DNA of 64,000 nt from Hamiltosporidium tvaerminnensis FI-OER-3-3 (Eukaryota > Fungi > Microsporidia): NCBI GenBank assembly GCA_022605425.2, contig CM061249.1, forward strand, positions 992,001 through 1,056,000, in the 5' to 3' direction. The notes under the pieces were generated by a model. That model was given only the letters and a program-made list of their open reading frames with translations. It had not been told where the DNA came from and searched no databases. Made by a program: the position numbers and the translations under genes. The number at the start of each line of letters is the position of its first letter. Positions within the stretch are counted from its first letter, which is position 1. This document shows positions 1 through 15,000 of this stretch, piece after piece.

Positions 1-3000
1 CATATACTTAAATTTTAATTGTTTGGGGATATTGTTTTTTTATCAAGAGAAAAATATTTCTTTTATACATTATGGTGCAAAGATCCAGTACAAATCATTT
101 TCTCGTTTTTTCTGCCATTATATGGATATCTTGGATTTTAAAGGATAGAAACCTGAAGATTTAACTTTTTATAATACATGTTAAACGTCATAAAAAGATT
201 TTTCTTGTAAGACTTCAGATATGCTCTTAATAAATGATATATGCTATATTAGACCAAAAATTGATATATCGAAAATGATTTGATATAAAATAATATTCTA
301 GAGAACAACTGTATATAGCTCTGCTTCTTAGAAAAATTACGCGTTTTATAAAAAATCACTTAATTGTTGCTTCTCAACAAGTATATATTTTGAAGACAGT
401 GCAATTTATAGATTACGGCAACAAGTATTTTTTGATAAAATGTATTGTGGATGTGTTTTTAACCCAATAAGAACAGTTGTTATAGGCCTGTATTAAGGTT
501 TATTAATGAGTATAAGATGCACCAAGTTTTTTCTTAAATAAGATATGTGTGAATATAACTTGTTTTGTTTAGTTGATACATGTAAAGGATTTTTTTTTGA
601 ATATCATGGTGGTTTTTACTTCTCGAAACTTTAGAGTGTGCACAAAGAGCAATATTTGTAAAACATAGACTGTAAAGCTATTGTAAAACATTTCAGGAAA
701 TATTTAAAGTATAAAGTTTGCTTGAATGTCTCTGATTGCAAATATATCGAAAAGTTCAAAATTGGCAAAAATTCTTCAAAAAACGCACTAAAAAAATGAA
801 GAAAAGCCACTCAAACATGACAGAGCTATTTACACTTTGCATTATTGTAGAATATAAAATTAAAAGAGCAGATTTTTACTCCCTAGACACGAAATAAAAA
901 GGATGGGACAATAAAAATTTCTGCTGCAGGTAAAATCGTTTCCACAAACGTTTAATATTTTTCTATGCAATTTTCAATAATAAAAAATACAATCAAAACG
1001 GGTATATTTTTGGGCATTAAATGAGTTTTCCTCGTGTGTCTATTTTTTTGCAAACATGAACAAAATAAGAAAATAATTTTCTCTTTTGTAAATAAAAATG
1101 TATATGAATGCTTTTGTGAATAATTTTTCAGGCTATGAAAAAAAACGGAATTTTACTGAAAGTTTGAATCCATGGATAATGTTTCATATATGTAAAGTTA
1201 ACAATTTTTTGCATTAAAAAAATTAGATACGTATGTTTTAACTGTCTAGAACTTAATTTTACAATAACATATTTCACAAATATAAGAAATTATATTTTGT
1301 CTAGGAAAATAAACGAGCTTCCGATATAACAAATTGTACTAAAACAAATTATAATTAAGACTTTACCTTTTGCAGCATTTCATTTCACAAATATTTTTAT
1401 TCTATCTTTAGTTTTCAAATTTGAACAAACCTTAAAGGAAAATAACAATATGCTTAACAAAGAAAAAGTTTTGATTTTTATACAAAAAAGAAATTTCATA
1501 TAAAAAAAATACATGTAACCAGATCCGGCTTTGTAAAACCACTCATCCATAATATATTTCAATTTTTATATTTTGGAATAGCCTTAATTACCAGATTTCA
1601 TATGTGCCCAAAAAATATGTCGAAAATTTTAGTTACATGTTGCTGTTTTTAGATCGAAAATTCTTAACCGTGGGTCTCCGCATTCCCGAGGTGAGGGAAG
1701 GTATGTTATTGAGTGCGACCAGAGCCCAATCAAAAGCTAAACCTCATACAGAAATCTTGATTTTGTTTTTTGTCAAAATATAACAAACAGATTCTCGAAA
1801 AATCAAAAAACCTTTTCATAAGGGAAGAGGCTATGATTAGTTATCAGATTCAAAGAGGAGCGGCTTACTAAAAGGTTAGGAATTACGATTTTATATAGAG
1901 CCCAATTTTTTAGGAGAAATTTTGTGTTATGAGTGCGATTAAATACAACTCTCACTGTATTTTGTAATAAGCTAGAAATTTATCTAAAAAAACCCAATTT
2001 TTTTGTCATATATTGCTGTGTATTTAAACATTTTTTTATCCGACGATATTATAGAAGATATCATAAGTAGTGAAACACAGAAACACTACGTAAAAGTAAA
2101 AATATATCTAAAAGATAATGTACATTTATTTTAAATAGCATTTTTTTCATTCATAAAGCTCAGAATATTTGATAAAATGATGTTTTTTACACTTTGAAAT
2201 GTATCAATAGCTTCAAGCTCAATCAATTTATATTTATGCTAGTTAGTGAACAGAAAACCAAGGGGAAAAAGCTTGTATCTATCATGTATTTATTATTTAC
2301 ATCCCTGTAATAATCATCAAACAAAAACTAACGATTAGCTTAGCTACAAAGACCGGGTAAAAAACATTTAGTAAGTATGTTGGTATAGGTAAAATCTCTG
2401 AAAAATTTCAATTTGACATTAGTCAAGAATTGTAATCACTATGATATATGCGGAAGTCGCAAATATAACAGTTGGATATAGTGGTTGGATATAACTTTGA
2501 AATAGCACTTCATCAAAAGAAACAAAACATTTCTTGTAATCTAAAAAACACAACTCGAAAGAAAATGTTTGCGAAACTCGGATCATTTTTTTTCCGACAA
2601 TAAATTAAAATTTCGTTTTTAAAGATACTTCATATTAGAAGTAAAGACAAAATAAAAATCTTCTAAGCCATAGAAAAAAATATAATTAAAGTTAAATCTT
2701 TCTTTTTAATTAAGTGTTGTAAATAGATTCAACTTTCATTAACTGTTTAATGTAAATCAATTCTAAAGAAATTTTTATTTTTATGTGAAAATTTGCATTT
2801 TACGAGTTTTAAAATGTAAAAAGCCTAGAAAATTTATTGTTAAATCAAATCACTAAAAATATTTTAAATAAGCCAATTCTTTTCTATGGTTAATAATATT
2901 TTGCCATAATTTTGTATTTACCTATAATACATGAATAAATATCTTAAATATAATCATAAATTTATACACCACGCTTTAAAATTACATATAATAATAAAAA

Positions 3001-6000
3001 GGTAAAGTTTGTTTATAAGAATATGATTTTTCCGCCTATAATATAGAAATTAACAAATTTCAGTGTTTGAATTTTCTAAACAGGCCAATTGTTTTAATTA
3101 TGTCGGTATCAGAAAATAATATAGAGATAATGGTTTACTTAAATAGCCATTTTCACAATTTTGTTTTTCGTAGAACTTGTTAAACACTAATTTGACTTTT
3201 AGATGATCGCGACATCAAAGCAGCACTTTGTTTCTGCAAGTCATGATAAAAGACTTTTTGCGCATTTATGTTAAAGTATTTTTTGAAATAAGTCATTTAA
3301 GAAGCTAATTAAAACTATAGGTATGTCATTCCAATTCTTAGGATTCCTTTGTAATTAAATTTAAAATATAAATTAGACTTGTTAAACAGCTAAAAATGTA
3401 GAATCTAAGAAGGCCGCTGTCTTTTAGAGAGGTAGAAAGTTTTGGTTTTAGACATACCGCTAAATAAATCCTAAGTTCTACTCCTTTAGACATTAAAATT
3501 GATTCGGGCTTTATGTTTAAAGGATATTATAATACAGGTATTTTAGAAAACCCCACTTTGGTTTTAAGAGTCAGTAATTTATTATCGTGCAAACTGATTT
3601 ATTTCAAAAAAGATAAAAAGGGCTTTTTTTCAAGGACAATATTTATCAAAAATAAATAATAAATACCTATAAACTATGACTTTAAAATTTTAACTCTAAT
3701 ATTTCATAAAATGTAATCTTCATCTGAATGAGTAAGCTATAAAAAAGATATAGAGATCTATTATGCATACTATAATATGAAAAATTATTTTCATTGCTCA
3801 AAAAAGGGGAGTAGAAAAACCGAAACTTGAAATTAACGGTTAAAATTTCACTTCCTGTTATTATATTACCATAAATTTTTATATATTAAAAATAAAAAAT
3901 ATATAATATATAAAGCAAAACAGAAAGTATAACGAAACTTAATCTCTGTAAAATTGGATCTATTATATTTATTTAGTAACACAAGATTGCTTATAAATCA
4001 CATCTAAAGAATAGAATTTTATATAACTTTACGTGTTTAGTAAGACGAGTTTTTTTACTTAGAAAAAATTTAAAGCTATATATTCTAGTAATATTATACT
4101 CGCCACAACCATGCTGTAATTATAGTCAAATTATAAATATAATCCAAACTTAACATATTTGAACATTTGACAACGATTATACCTCCTCCAAAAGAATTTA
4201 TAAATCATGTCTACTTGCAAATTTTGTTATTTGGATCGATTTTCTCAAATCTAAAAGATTTGTGTAATTAAACATAATAATAGATGGTATAGTGAGAAGA
4301 TGAGCGTGTCACATATTATATAGGATTAATTTGCCATTTTGCACCTATTCCATTGAGGTTATTTTCGATTTTTTTTTCATTAACCTTGAGCGGATATGAA
4401 TTTTTTTATACTATGTCCATTTTGAATTTAGGTGCAAATCTAAGCTTTTTGCAGTATTTCTTCCTTAAATATATCCTTCAAAATTGTAGAAAGACTTCTG
4501 CGTGTTGTAAAAAATACTATATTATAAAAAAATCCGTTGAACACTCAAATTTTAATGGGTTTGGTTTCGTGAGATTCATTTAATCCTAGTTTTTTAAAAG
4601 CAAAAATTACGTTCTTTTTTATTACTTTAAGATATAAATCATTATATTTTAAATTTCTATCTTAAAAGTACTTTTGCCAAGTTTTTTAAGTATTGACGCA
4701 TTTATTCCAATTTTTAACGGATAAACAATTATATATGATAATCTCTTTATTACTAGAGATTCTATGTATTTATTTCTGGCATAAGCGTACTAGCAAACAC
4801 TTGCTAATCAAATCATGGCTCAATAGTTTGTCTTACTTATCGCATTATTTTGTTAGTTCGGTTGGATTTAGAAATATGTTATAGATTTTCTTAGAAAACC
4901 TTTTTTGAAATTATATTTGAATATCATAATACTTTTAACCAAAAACAATATTTGAAATTATTAATTTATACATTTTTTTAATAGCCTGCTTCTTCCCTAT
5001 GGATAGAACAAAATCAAACCATGAAGCATAGCATCGCTAAGAAATAGGCGTTTCTAAAGACAATTATTTTTTGACTGGTTAGGCTGTCAGCCTCAGGCAA
5101 ACTTTCTATACGATAGATGATTAGTACAGCTACCGGGGATCGACCCATAACATTCGGAAGTAAGTTTCGATATCTTCACCACAAAAAAACAAGTGACATT
5201 TAAATTTCTTAAAATTTTCAACTCTGATGTTAAAATTTCTAAATGTATGACAGCTTTTTAAAAAAGCCGTTTAATTGTAGGAGGAAATATACATCCTTTC
5301 ATTGGTTTTAATTCATAAAGCAAAATACATTTGATATCTTGTTTTTTTATTATACCTTCGTGTTTTTGTAGATCTTTTGGTATTAATATTTCCGGATAAT
5401 ATATATCTATTTTTATTTAATTTCCTTAGATCGAAAAACATGCTGAAAAACCTATTAATAAAAGCCTTAATACCTTACTGAATGGAATAAACTCATTATC
5501 TTTATTTTTATCTAGTAAATTCGAAATTATTTATCATTTTTATATCATTTAAAAAAATTCAATAACATTAACTTTCTTATAAATCATAACCTTATAAAAA
5601 TACTTTCGGTGTTACTGTAACAAGATATTATTTATCATATTAATTACTCGTAAAATAGACTACCTTTTTGACATCTTGCATAATTTTATTTAGAATGAAA
5701 TATAACTCCTAAAGCTTTTTTTGGCATTTCCTGATCTAATAAATCCTAACCTATTCTTGAACATATTTTGTTTAGTAAATAAAAGTCGAATTTTAGGTAA
5801 ACAGATATGGCAAGAGGTTATGTTTCATAATGTTTATAACATGCAGACAGTTCTAAAATATTATTAAATACAAAAGGCTTATTTAAAAATGTCATTATGG
5901 CAATTGTCTAATTTGAAACCAGACATTAAATCATATTCACGCCTGAAGTAAAAATTTGACCGATTTTTTTACAAAAAAACAACAGTATATTACGAACAAA

Positions 6001-9000
6001 AAAAGCTTTTAAAACTATCACCAGTTTCTGACGGTTAAAATAACTTTCAGAAAAATATAAATCAGCTATTTCTATAAGTACTTAAAGGTTGGGCAAACGC
6101 AATTTTATGGTATTGTTTTTGGTTTTAAAACAATTTTTTTGCATTAAGACTGTTTCATACAATTTCAAATGTATCGCAATACGCAAAAACTAGTTATTTT
6201 AGAAAATATATATTTGTATTATTTTATACATTTTCGTATTAAAATTAATTTTATATTTTGTGATTTTAGTATATTTCTCTTATTATTTTTTTTTGTATAA
6301 TTGTCGTGTGGCTTTGTTTAATTTCTTCGATATAATCAAGCTGCCACCAAATTTAGCCTTATGATTCTGATTCTACGCATTCGACAGTTGTAACATTTAT
6401 ATTATACCAAAGAACCTAAAAGTTCTTAATTTAGAAGTTTTTTTTACATTTGATTATGTTTACTTTTCATAGACTGTTTCAATTCATAATATTAAAAAAA
6501 CTTTAAGAAATATTTTTTATATTTGCAGTAACAGTTTGTTTCAAATTCTATAAATAACTAAAGATGTTTTGGTTTTATTTTATAAATAATATACATATAA
6601 TAAAATATAGGACAAACTATGTATTTTTTCAAATTTTTTAAAATTGAAATTATGCAATAAATTGTACATTTCAGAAAGTTTTAATAAAATCTATGATTAA
6701 AAACCAAGTTTGTATTTATCTTTTTCGTGTGCATAAAATTAAGTTAGTAAATCTTAAAATAAAAGGAATAAATCTTGTGGATTTGGCATATTCCTACTCT
6801 TTATCTCCAATCTAGTTTTTAATACGGCTATGTTACATGTAGAAATATTTAAGATCTAAATATGAGTTTAATGCTTTTATTAAAACAATTTATGAATTTT
6901 TTTTAATTATTTCTACCTCATATTCAAACTTTTTCTATTAGGTCTAAGGATTGTAATCTCATGCTCTAAGGGTGTATAGAGCTCTATGTTTATGGCGAGC
7001 TTCAACTATTGCATAGATTCCTTTGTTTTCAACGAGATATACTAAAGATGTATCTTTTGGCTGTGACGAACAAATATAAATAGTGTACCTAAGATCTAAA
7101 AATTGTGATTATAATAATAATTTCTAAAAAATCATTCCAATAAAGTGCAAAAATTAAGATTATAATTATGATTTTTATGCATATGATAGAAAAGCTATTA
7201 ATATTTATATCAAGTTAAATAAATTTTAAATTTGAACTATGTATATCTTCTTAAATATTTTTTTAACCCTAGATTTATCATACACCAAGTTCAGAACCTT
7301 AGATTCCATAATCAAATCTATTTTCTTATAGCAAATTTATGAAATCGACAAAATATTTTTGATTTAGCTTTTTCGGCTCTATCTATATCTTATTTCATCA
7401 CCAAGAAAACGCGTTTGATGATGATTTTTTAACGTTTGCTCGACAATTGAAAGATTCGAAATTTTTATTTCTTTGAAGCATGGTTAATAAGTACAAATAG
7501 AATAATATTGCAAATTTTATAGTTCTCTTTGCAAAAACAACATTTTGAGATTTAAATTATATATAATATTTTAGTACTATACTTGAAAGATTTTTTTTAT
7601 TTTTTTTCGTGTTAAAAATAAAAATTATGCATTAGAAATATTTCCGAATTAGGTTTTTAAAAATATCTGAAAACCCTAAAGTATTTATTACGATCTTGAC
7701 CAAGGGTAACTTTTATATAAGATAAGCTAACAAAAATTCAAGATATGAAAAGTTTGACACATCATCGATTCGGGCATAGAATCTATAAAAATTCAATTAA
7801 AAATGCCCCAATAACACTTAATATGATAGAGAACTATGATATCTATCTAGGGCCCGAAGTTTACTTCTAAATGTGTTTTTATGGTATTAAAGTACTACGA
7901 AATACAGTACAGTGTACATAAAAAATATTTTTAGAGTCCTTAGATTAGTTTTTAATTTGAATCCTAATATAAAGACTTATTGTCTGTAAGTTTTATAAAC
8001 TATTCTTAAATGTAACATATTTTCTATATAAAATTTCTTTTATATAGCAAAAGATATTTCTATGTTCATAAGTTTATATTATACGATTTTTTTATCAAAA
8101 AATAACTTAAATCAATAAAAAAACGATAACTTTAAAGCTAAAATAATTTTCATATATAAGATATCCAGTTTCTATATGAACGTCTAAAATGTAATTTATT
8201 GATGTTAAATTTATAAATTTATATTAGACAAGGTTTGAGTTTCGAATCCGCGCCTAGCTTGAAAGTAAAAACTCTATTTTATTATTTTGCTTTATGATTT
8301 CTTCACCTATAGCATTACATCTAACGAGATAAATATTCAATTCCTTACAATATATTTATTGCATCAACGGAAAACCGGTAGATATACTGTACTATTTATG
8401 AAATTCTCTTGAAAAAAGCGAACAATGTAAAAAAGCTTGGTCGCTGAGCAGTGATAAAGGTTAATTTAAAAGAATTTTTTTTGATGCATTGTTTCTACGA
8501 GCATTAAAAACGCCTTTATATTCAACCAGAAGGGTATACGAGGACCGGAATGAGTAAGTATGTAAGAAAACCTTAGAAAATCTGAATTTAGCAAACTTTT
8601 TGAACTCAAAATAAATATTGTTTGCCCTGTTTAAAAATAATTTGATTATCTAATTGAGTAAGCTAACCTATGAATTGGATGCAATTCACATATAAAATAC
8701 AGTAATTTTGGCAACAATACTTTTAAATCCCAATTCTTCGGCATTTGATAATATATTATCGAAAATGTATTTTATATACAATTTTTCTATAAGGTTAGCC
8801 TAATTTAATTTATGACATTTTATTTCAATATTTAACCTGTCTATTATGCTAAATAGACTCACCTGTTTTATTACTTCTTCATTAATGATTTGAAGACTAG
8901 AAGTTTATTTTTTCTCACTTTTCTCAAAAATAAGAATTATTTATAGAAACAAAAAAATATAGATTATTTTGAACGGTGTATTAGCCAGAAATGTGCTCGG

Positions 9001-12000
9001 TTTAAGCTGAAAAATTTTAATTCTTTGGTAGTTAGTTAACTTATGCTTTTCGTTTTTAGTTTTGAAGGTGTAAAGGTCTATTTTTCTATGGATAAATGTA
9101 TCGAGATTCTAAGGAACTCAATAATTGTTAAGTACTCTTAATTATAGGTTTGTGCCATAGATAAAAACATATTTTTTTTGTAAATTTAGCCTCATCTTGT
9201 GGTTAATTTGATGTATATGATCTATCATTTGAATTCGTGGCTTGCAATATGAGTATTCTATTCAAACCTTAAAATACTAATAAGGCAAAAATACTTAGAG
9301 ATCATGTGTCTATCTTATGAAAACTTTAAAGCAAACTAAAAAGCTATCTATAAACGTTGATACAATTTTTTCTTATACTTGGACTTTGAATGCAAATATA
9401 TTTTCTAAATCCATTGAAGCCAAATAGTTGTATGCGGAACCCATATTAAATTATCTGCTCACAATATTTTGGTTTATATTTATAGATAAATTCTATATTT
9501 TAGACAAATGATATTCGTTTGGTATTCAAAGTTAGAATATTAATGTCGAGATATACTTTCATATTGGGTTTCGATACCAAAATCAAAAAAAATAATATTA
9601 AAGTATAATACTTATCGTACCTTATATTTTGACTATAAACTACATCTATAAAGAGAAATATATAACAATTTTTATATTTTTGTGTTATAGAAATTTCAAA
9701 TACGAGAGATATTCGCTGTAAATGTATAGATTCTCGAAAAGTTTTGATCCATTTATAATATTATACTGATTATTATAGATTGCAATAAATTATGTGCTAG
9801 ATTTAAATTAAAATTTTTATCGAAATAATTATAACTCAATGTAATGCTTCGGTTTGGATATTTAAGGTAGTCATGTAATAGTATTAAGGTATCGAAAAAT
9901 GTTTTAATATGATTGAACCAAATACTAAGTCATATTATTTCTATTAAAAACCCGTTCGTAAAAAAATAGCATATTACAATTAAGAAAAAAATATATAAAT
10001 TTAAGCTTTTGATTGAATTTCACATATGTTCAACGTATTTTTATGCTGATCTTTTGACCTGGTTGTCAATACGAACAATTTTTACTTCGATTCCCTGCTA
10101 TAATTACATCTTAGTCAAAGTAAGAAATTTTTTGAAAGGATATATACTAGATAAAAAAATTTGATAATAATCACTATTTATCTATAAATTTCTAAATCTG
10201 GTTAAAAACAATGTAGATTCGCGATTCTACGGATTAAACATACTGGTACAATATATTTAGGTCATTTTATAAAAATAAAAAAAAAATACTTATATCTTTG
10301 TTCTTAAAAATTATTATCTATTATATATTGAAAGCTATGCTTTGGCGAAGCAATATTTCGAATGATGATAAAATTGTGACACACATACCACTAATCTTGT
10401 GTCGTCAATGCATCTCTAGCATGGTTTAAATTTAACCTTTAAAAATTTGTCTTTGTTTGAAGCGAAACACTTTGCTGCCGTTAACAAAAAAAATAATTTA
10501 GCCGACAAAAAAAGATATTTTTTACAGATTCAAATTGTATCTCGTATCAGACTAAAGCGTATATTGTACAATAAAGAAATTTGATTATCTATTTTTTGTA
10601 AAAAAATGAAAATACGCGATCTCAAAAATTCAATAAGACATCCTATCATATAATATATTTTTTTAACATTTTTAGAAATATTACAAATCAAAAAGAAATA
10701 CTACAGCGAAATTAAAGATTTATAGTCAAATCATAATAAAAATTTATAATATTACTTATAGCGGTATTAGAATTTGTTGAACATTTTATTTTGATTTTCA
10801 AAAAAACATAAACATGAGTTTAATTTATGTCCTTGGCATCATCGAGCCAAATTATCGTCTCTGTGACTTGGATTAAGCTCTAGATGCCAGAATCTTCCAA
10901 AATTGTCATTTTGTGTTAATACTTTATAATAGAAAAGAAATTTACTTAATGTTTTTTGCTTATATTGAATGTAGTATAAGTCGATAAATTTCATATGAAT
11001 AAACCTTTGCGTACGATAAATCTAAAAAACATTTAAACTTGTTTCCAAATTTTTTAAACTACAATTTTTATTTTTGATAGTATTGGATCTTAGTATACTT
11101 CGTTTATACTACAAAACTTATCAATATATAAATAAATTAACATTATAATAGAGATAATGCAATTTTGCCATAAAAAAGTTAAGGAATATACTAAGCATTA
11201 TAATATACCTTTTTATTTCTTTTCTTTGTTTTTTTTTGGAAGGTTAATGTGACAACCAAAATTTTAGAATTGATTTAAAACGAATTAAAGGGTTTTCAAG
11301 TCATCATAAAATAGGCTATATTTTCCCATGCATCAAAATTCGGTTTTTAGTATTGCTTTTTCTCCGCAATATTATGATTTGAGAAAGGTATGTGAAGGTT
11401 TTTAAAGCATTTTTAAAAGTATTATGTAAAAAATTATATTTTGCGTTAAAAAAACGATAAGTTGTGAGAAGAGCTTGCTTAAATATATTTTTTAAAACTT
11501 GCAATTATAATTCTTTTGGTATTGTAAACTAATTCCAAATTTTTATAGTAAAAAAGAGTTCAAATACATATTTATATGCTTACTCAAAAAAATTGAGACA
11601 TATAGATTATTTACCGGTGTAAGATCAAGTTCTTCATACAAAAACATAATTTTTAAAGTGAATAACACTATATTTGTTGTTTTTATGTTCAAATCTTTTA
11701 TTTGTTTATAATAACTTTGAGTTTTGGTATATTTTCACAATGTCTGTTACTTTAAAGAGTTGTTTGTGACCCTCTTTCTTCATCTTTATTTCAACAATGA
11801 TAACAGAATCAGTTTTTTATACAAACAATTTTTAAAGACTTTGTTTTAGAAATTTTCTTTACTCTTTATTGGGATTTTTCGGATTAAATTATAAATTGGA
11901 AAATATAAAATGGTTTATAGTGATTTTGGAACCAATGTACTGTGTATGAAAATCAATTTGAAATTACTGGTAACTGAATTTTTTTCCGAGGATTTTGCTT

Positions 12001-15000
12001 TGATTCATAATTAAAAAGAATAATTGATTCGCTTATCGTAATGGATGTATCGAAATATTGCGCGAGCAAATTCCTAAAATGTTAATATCAAAATCCGAAG
12101 CAAATTTTCAAGAATAATATTATCTAGTGCGTATTTTTTTAAACTCTTTTTAAATATATTCAAGCAATCTGATATTAACGGTATGAAAATGGCTTTTTGA
12201 AGCGCCTTAGTGGTTTTTGATACAATTTACAAATATCTTAAGAAAACGCTAGAGAACTACTGTTTTGATTATTTATAAAATATTTAAAAAAAAGTTGATA
12301 TTGACTACATATGTCATAGTGTAGACTAACTTGTTTTTTAAGAATGCTTTGGCAGAGATTAATTTCTTCTTTTCAAGTTACATCTACGGTTTATAATAAT
12401 ATACAAATAGTTAAGAAACGCATAATAGATTCATATTCACTAATTAGTGGATTAAAATTAGATTCGATAACAAATATATTTTTCATTTTGCTATGTAAGC
12501 AATACCTTATGTGCCTAAATTACAAACAGAATAGTCTATTCTTAGGAAATAACTTTTAACTAATCTAAACAATTCTATTTAATGAATGCAAATATTAAAA
12601 CCCAATAAAAAAAAATTAATCTTACTTTTAATTTAATCAGATGCAATAAATCTATGTGAGAATTTTTCTTATAGCAAATTTAATATTTCCAAATATATTT
12701 TCTTATGCGTGTCCATCAATTGGATTAAAAATATAATATTATGATCTAACATTTTTAAAATACTCAGAATTTTATTTAAAAATTTTGGTTATTGAAAACG
12801 CAAAAAATTTTAATACGCTAGGAAACTCTTTAATATGTTGAATTAATAAAAAACACAATGTTACATAAGCTTTGAAAAAATTGAATACAATATAGTAGTT
12901 AATACATTTATAAATTAAATCACATGTCTGAAGAAAACCAAAATCATGAGTTTCTCACCATTAATCTTATATTTCTCCTATTTATTGAGTTTCGAATATT
13001 TATTGCGAAGCTTGCTCCTATCTTAACGAGAGTATGGCCTCCTTAATTATATATTCCGATAATTAAATATAAAATAAATATATATTGTAGCAAAAGTTTG
13101 GTTTAAAAACCTTATAATTCATTTTTGGCATAAATTATCGATATAATAATAGCGTTGTTGAAAAAATTCAATCTTTTTCGAAAACAAAATACCTTCGCAG
13201 GAAAAAATTAACTAAATTTTTAGAATAAATAGTTCAACAGAAATAAATATAGTTCTTTCCATTTTATGATTATTAAGAATTTAAAAACATGTTTCGTATA
13301 AACTATAGAAACTTTTCACATTGTTTCGTGTGGTTGTATTCTTGATAGTTACTAGCTTTATCATGCTCATTAGACAAGAAAAAATGTCGGATGAACGTGA
13401 CCGCATACATTTCAAGAAAATCTACATACAGAAGCCATAACAGACTAGTGGATTACTTCGACTGTGTATACTAAAGTATAGTTAGGTAGGTGTTCGAAAT
13501 GATAGAAATGGTAAAAAAATTAGTCGCGATAGATATTTACATTAGAAAAGCTAGGAAATTTAAGTAAATTATAAAGTAAATATATTTTTTAATGATTTTA
13601 CAACTTAAAAAATCTTATCATAGAATTTTTTGAAATCGTTTTTGTGTTCTTATAGATAAGTTTGAATATAATTTTTCGCTTTAAGGGGGTAACCTAGCTT
13701 TTATATTTTTAATTCAGATTTAGGGTTACAATCGAATGAGTTCTGAGCGCATTTTAATGATATCCGGTAGCTTGATATTGACAGATATCTAAAATTATAT
13801 ATGACTTGATATAAATTCTTTTCTATTGCTATTCAAAATGTGCAAAAGGTAAAGTCTAAAATAGCAAAAAACGTGTAACATATTGTTGCATTTAAAGTAG
13901 ACTTGTAGAAGAAAAAAATATTGAATTCGGAATTTATGTATCTTATGAGAGTTTAAATTGCTTATGATGCATTAAAATGTGTTTTCATAATAAGAATGAA
14001 TATCTATGTTTTTGAATTTTTATTAAGATAAATAATTGTATTAGTCTATATATCTCAAACTTGATATTCTTTGAGCTGTACTGCAATTTTTAGATTGAGT
14101 ATGTCAGCTTTTAACCCGAAAAACATTTCTGTATTACTTTTTAAAAAGATGTCAGCGAAAAATTAGCGATGTAGAAGGAAATAAAACTTTTCTTTAAAAT
14201 TGGAACAGTTGCTTGGTCTAAAACATCTTTTCTTCCGACAAATTGATAGATACTATTTATGAAAAGCTAAAATAATTAGTTTAAAATAGAATACGGAATC
14301 GGGGAAGGGCAGAACTATAGATTGAAGTTCGAGCCAAAATAAATTTCGACCATCTTATAAAAATAAGAAGAAATACATTCTGAACAGTTCAAGTTTTCTA
14401 TTAAATTGTAAATATTTTTTGCAAAATAAGTTTGATTTTTGTTTTAAATACATATTAGAAATTTTGAGAAGTTTATATCTGAATTAAGGTTTTTTGAAAA
14501 TTTTCGCCAAAGATTTCGATTGGTTTGTATCGCATTTTATTAAAATTTGTTTTGACTTATATTTAGAGTAAAGTAGCTTCGTTATAAATACCTAAATAAC
14601 TTTTTTCTTGCGATATCAAAAGTTTGTTTTTTATGAAAAAAATCTTGACCAATATTTTTGATATATATTTAAACTGTTTAGGTTATTTGTCTTGCAAGCA
14701 TTATTCCACCTTATCTCTATCATCGCTCTATGTATATGAAAATTCTTTTCATATTATATCATGCAAAGCGTTCACATATTGAATTATTTCTTTTACACGA
14801 AATTTCTATCACAGGAAAACTACATTTCTTTATTTCATAGGATTATTTTATTACAAATAAATATTACTAGTGCACTTTGTCAGATTAATTGCGCATTATT
14901 CATCGAATATAGCGTAAATTCTTGTTATGTAGCACATATTTGGTTTTAGGTTTTCTGATCAATCGGATATTCTTGTAAAAATCTAAAGATAGACTTATTA

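Noticed and set aside
1-950. Ty3/gypsy pol fossil (YLGF, AIV, ADF-like traces)
   Set aside because: The motifs are too short and frame-broken to support without an HMM search.
8232-8260. tRNA gene from a TTCGAATCC T-arm-like motif (also GGGTTCAAAACCCC at ~41221)
   Set aside because: No acceptor stem or cloverleaf could be formed.
12500-13300. Second integrase fossil on the minus strand
   Set aside because: There are only two or three weak motif echoes, which is not supportable by eye.
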